A stretch of 64,000 nt of DNA from Sandaracinaceae bacterium (GTDB taxonomy: Bacteria > Myxococcota_A > Polyangia > Polyangiales > Houyiibacteriaceae), in assembly GCA_020633075.1 (NCBI GenBank), contig JACKEI010000003.1, positions 67,299-131,298 on the forward strand. The letters run 5' to 3'. Below, piece by piece: positions 62,919 through 64,000 of the stretch; position 1 is the first letter of the stretch; every line of letters starts with the position of its first letter. The notes below the pieces were generated by a model, which searched no databases, was not told where the DNA came from, and saw only the letters and a list, made by a program, of their open reading frames with translations. A program made the position numbers and the translations under genes.

Positions 62919-63660
62919 CGCCCGCTTCGCGCGCCGCTCGGCGCTGGTCGCCGTGGCCCTCGTCCTCGGTCTCGTGTCTTTCGCGCTGCCCTCGTGCACC
63001 GACGACTCGGCCGGCATCCAAGTGCCCGTCGCCTACCGCGGCGGTGGGACGCTGGCAGACCCGGTCGAGACGCAGGGGGACGTGAGCGTGCGCCTCCTCC
63101 GCGCACACGTGGCCGTGCACTCCCTCACGCTCGAGGCCTGCCCGGCGTCCACGTTGGCGCGGCTCACGGCGGCGCTGTCCATGCCGGTCGCCCGCGCCCA
63201 CTCGGCCAGCTCGCCCACGTACCTGGGGGTCCCGGTGGTGCTCGACGCCCTCGGAGACGAGGTGTTCAGCCCCGGCACCTTCCGGCCCACGCCAGGCACC
63301 TACTGCGGGGTGCACGGGATGCTGGCGGTGCCGGACGGAGACGCTCTGGGCGCGAGCACGAGCAACCCCCTCACGGGCGCGGTGGAGCTGCACGGGGAGC
63401 GTCTGGACGCCGAGGGGCAGGTCGTCTCCTCGTTCACGCTCACCAGCACCATGAGCGTCTCGTTCGACATCGACTTCGACGAGCCGCTGGTGCTGGGTCC
63501 GGAGAGCCTCTACGCGGAGGTGACCCTCTCCGTGGACCCCAGCGCCTGGGCGGCTGCCGTGACGCTGCCGGACGGTGCGCTCGATGCTGCCGGAGCGAGC
63601 GCGCTCAGCCGGGCCGCTGCGGACGCCATGCGACTCGAGCTGCTGCGCACGCCGCGCTGA
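62908..63660 (+). CDS. Lipoprotein, unknown function (overlaps the upstream barrel gene by 11 nt)
   Basis: TTG 62908 gives (M)ISSARFARRSALVAVALVLGLVSFALPSC (lipobox). 250 aa. The start codon choice is uncertain. Confidence 0.4.
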   Translation: MISSARFARRSALVAVALVLGLVSFALPSCTDDSAGIQVPVAYRGGGTLADPVETQGDVSVRLLRAHVAVHSLTLEACPASTLARLTAALSMPVARAHSASSPTYLGVPVVLDALGDEVFSPGTFRPTPGTYCGVHGMLAVPDGDALGASTSNPLTGAVELHGERLDAEGQVVSSFTLTSTMSVSFDIDFDEPLVLGPESLYAEVTLSVDPSAWAAAVTLPDGALDAAGASALSRAAADAMRLELLRTPR

Positions 63661-63751
63661 GCGAGGCGCGCCCGAGTGAGGTGTCCGCACCCGTGGCCGC
63701 CCCGCCAGCATTTTCGGTGACCTTCCGCGCGCCACGCGACAGGATGGGGTC

Positions 63752-64000
63752 ATGAGCGACAACCACGACCCCCTCGCGCCCCTGCTGTTCACCCCGCGCG
63801 TGCTGTGGTTTGCGCTCTTCATGTCCAACATCCTGGTCTTCTCCGTGGTGGCGGCGGTGGTGGTGCCGCCGGACGAGCCCTTCGACATGCTCATGCTGTA
63901 CGTGCTCGCCGCGGTGGCCGTGGGCGCCGGTGTGGCTCAGGTGATCATCCCCCGCCGCATCGAGGCCGCTCTGCTGGCGACCGCCCAAGCCGACACCGAG
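63752..64000 (+). CDS. Membrane protein, 5' part only (runs off the right edge)
   Basis: ATG 63752 gives MSDNHDPLAPLLFTPRVLWFALFMSNILVFSVVAAVVVPP...MLYVLAAVAVGAGVAQVII, two hydrophobic helices. The frame is open to the window end. Confidence 0.3.
   Translation, partial: MSDNHDPLAPLLFTPRVLWFALFMSNILVFSVVAAVVVPPDEPFDMLMLYVLAAVAVGAGVAQVIIPRRIEAALLATAQADTE

Overview
This is a 64-kb window of about 70% GC chromosomal DNA. The gene content looks Myxococcota-like: PEGA, FG-GAP/MopE-type repeats, a MYXO-CTERM-like tail, a Ser/Thr kinase with an extracellular domain, and long spurious antisense ORFs. I support about 60 protein-coding genes. I found no rRNA gene, no bona fide tRNA gene and no CRISPR array.

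Main blocks:
1. 1-6.5 kb is a decayed, mobile-element-rich patch. It holds an endonuclease V gene, an IS3 remnant and a glutamate dehydrogenase gene truncated after about 145 codons. A 3.6-kb three-gene transposon (DDE transposase, AAA+ ATPase, unknown 227-aa ORF) has inserted precisely into rnk. It has 14-bp terminal inverted repeats and a 6-bp target duplication, and conceptual excision restores a 134-aa Rnk in frame.
2. 6.6-22.4 kb holds housekeeping and envelope genes: a 1-Cys peroxiredoxin, an ABC-F ATPase, GatB/YqeY, a translationally coupled PEGA plus 1,067-aa FG-GAP lipoprotein pair, an SDR and YceI.
3. 22.4-35 kb is a nitrite/NO-detoxification island. It contains a hemerythrin / radical-SAM-SPASM (AhbD/NirJ-like) / HemY operon, a Crp/Fnr regulator, ric-norCBQD, and lipoprotein nirK (with a cytochrome c fusion) followed by nirV and an SCO gene. 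Three near-identical FNR/Dnr-type boxes precede these operons.
4. 35-39 kb holds a methyltransferase, a Ser/Thr kinase and an orphan E2 acyltransferase.
5. 39.7-40.1 kb is an unusual, lower-GC, highly structured non-coding element. It has nested inverted repeats, four GC hairpins and a tRNA-like minihelix ending in ACCA.
6. 40-64 kb holds prfA, DUF1385, fbp, moaC, a flippase, gluQ, an exonuclease, the carboxynorspermidine pathway, an amidase, a ClC channel, an MpaB-like oxygenase and an outer-membrane barrel plus lipoprotein pair.

I cannot demonstrate a new biological system from sequence alone. The best candidates for something undescribed are the structured element at 39.7-40.1 kb, the unknown first gene of the transposon, and the hemerythrin / radical SAM / HemY operon. 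All family calls are by-eye motif recognition, not database searches.
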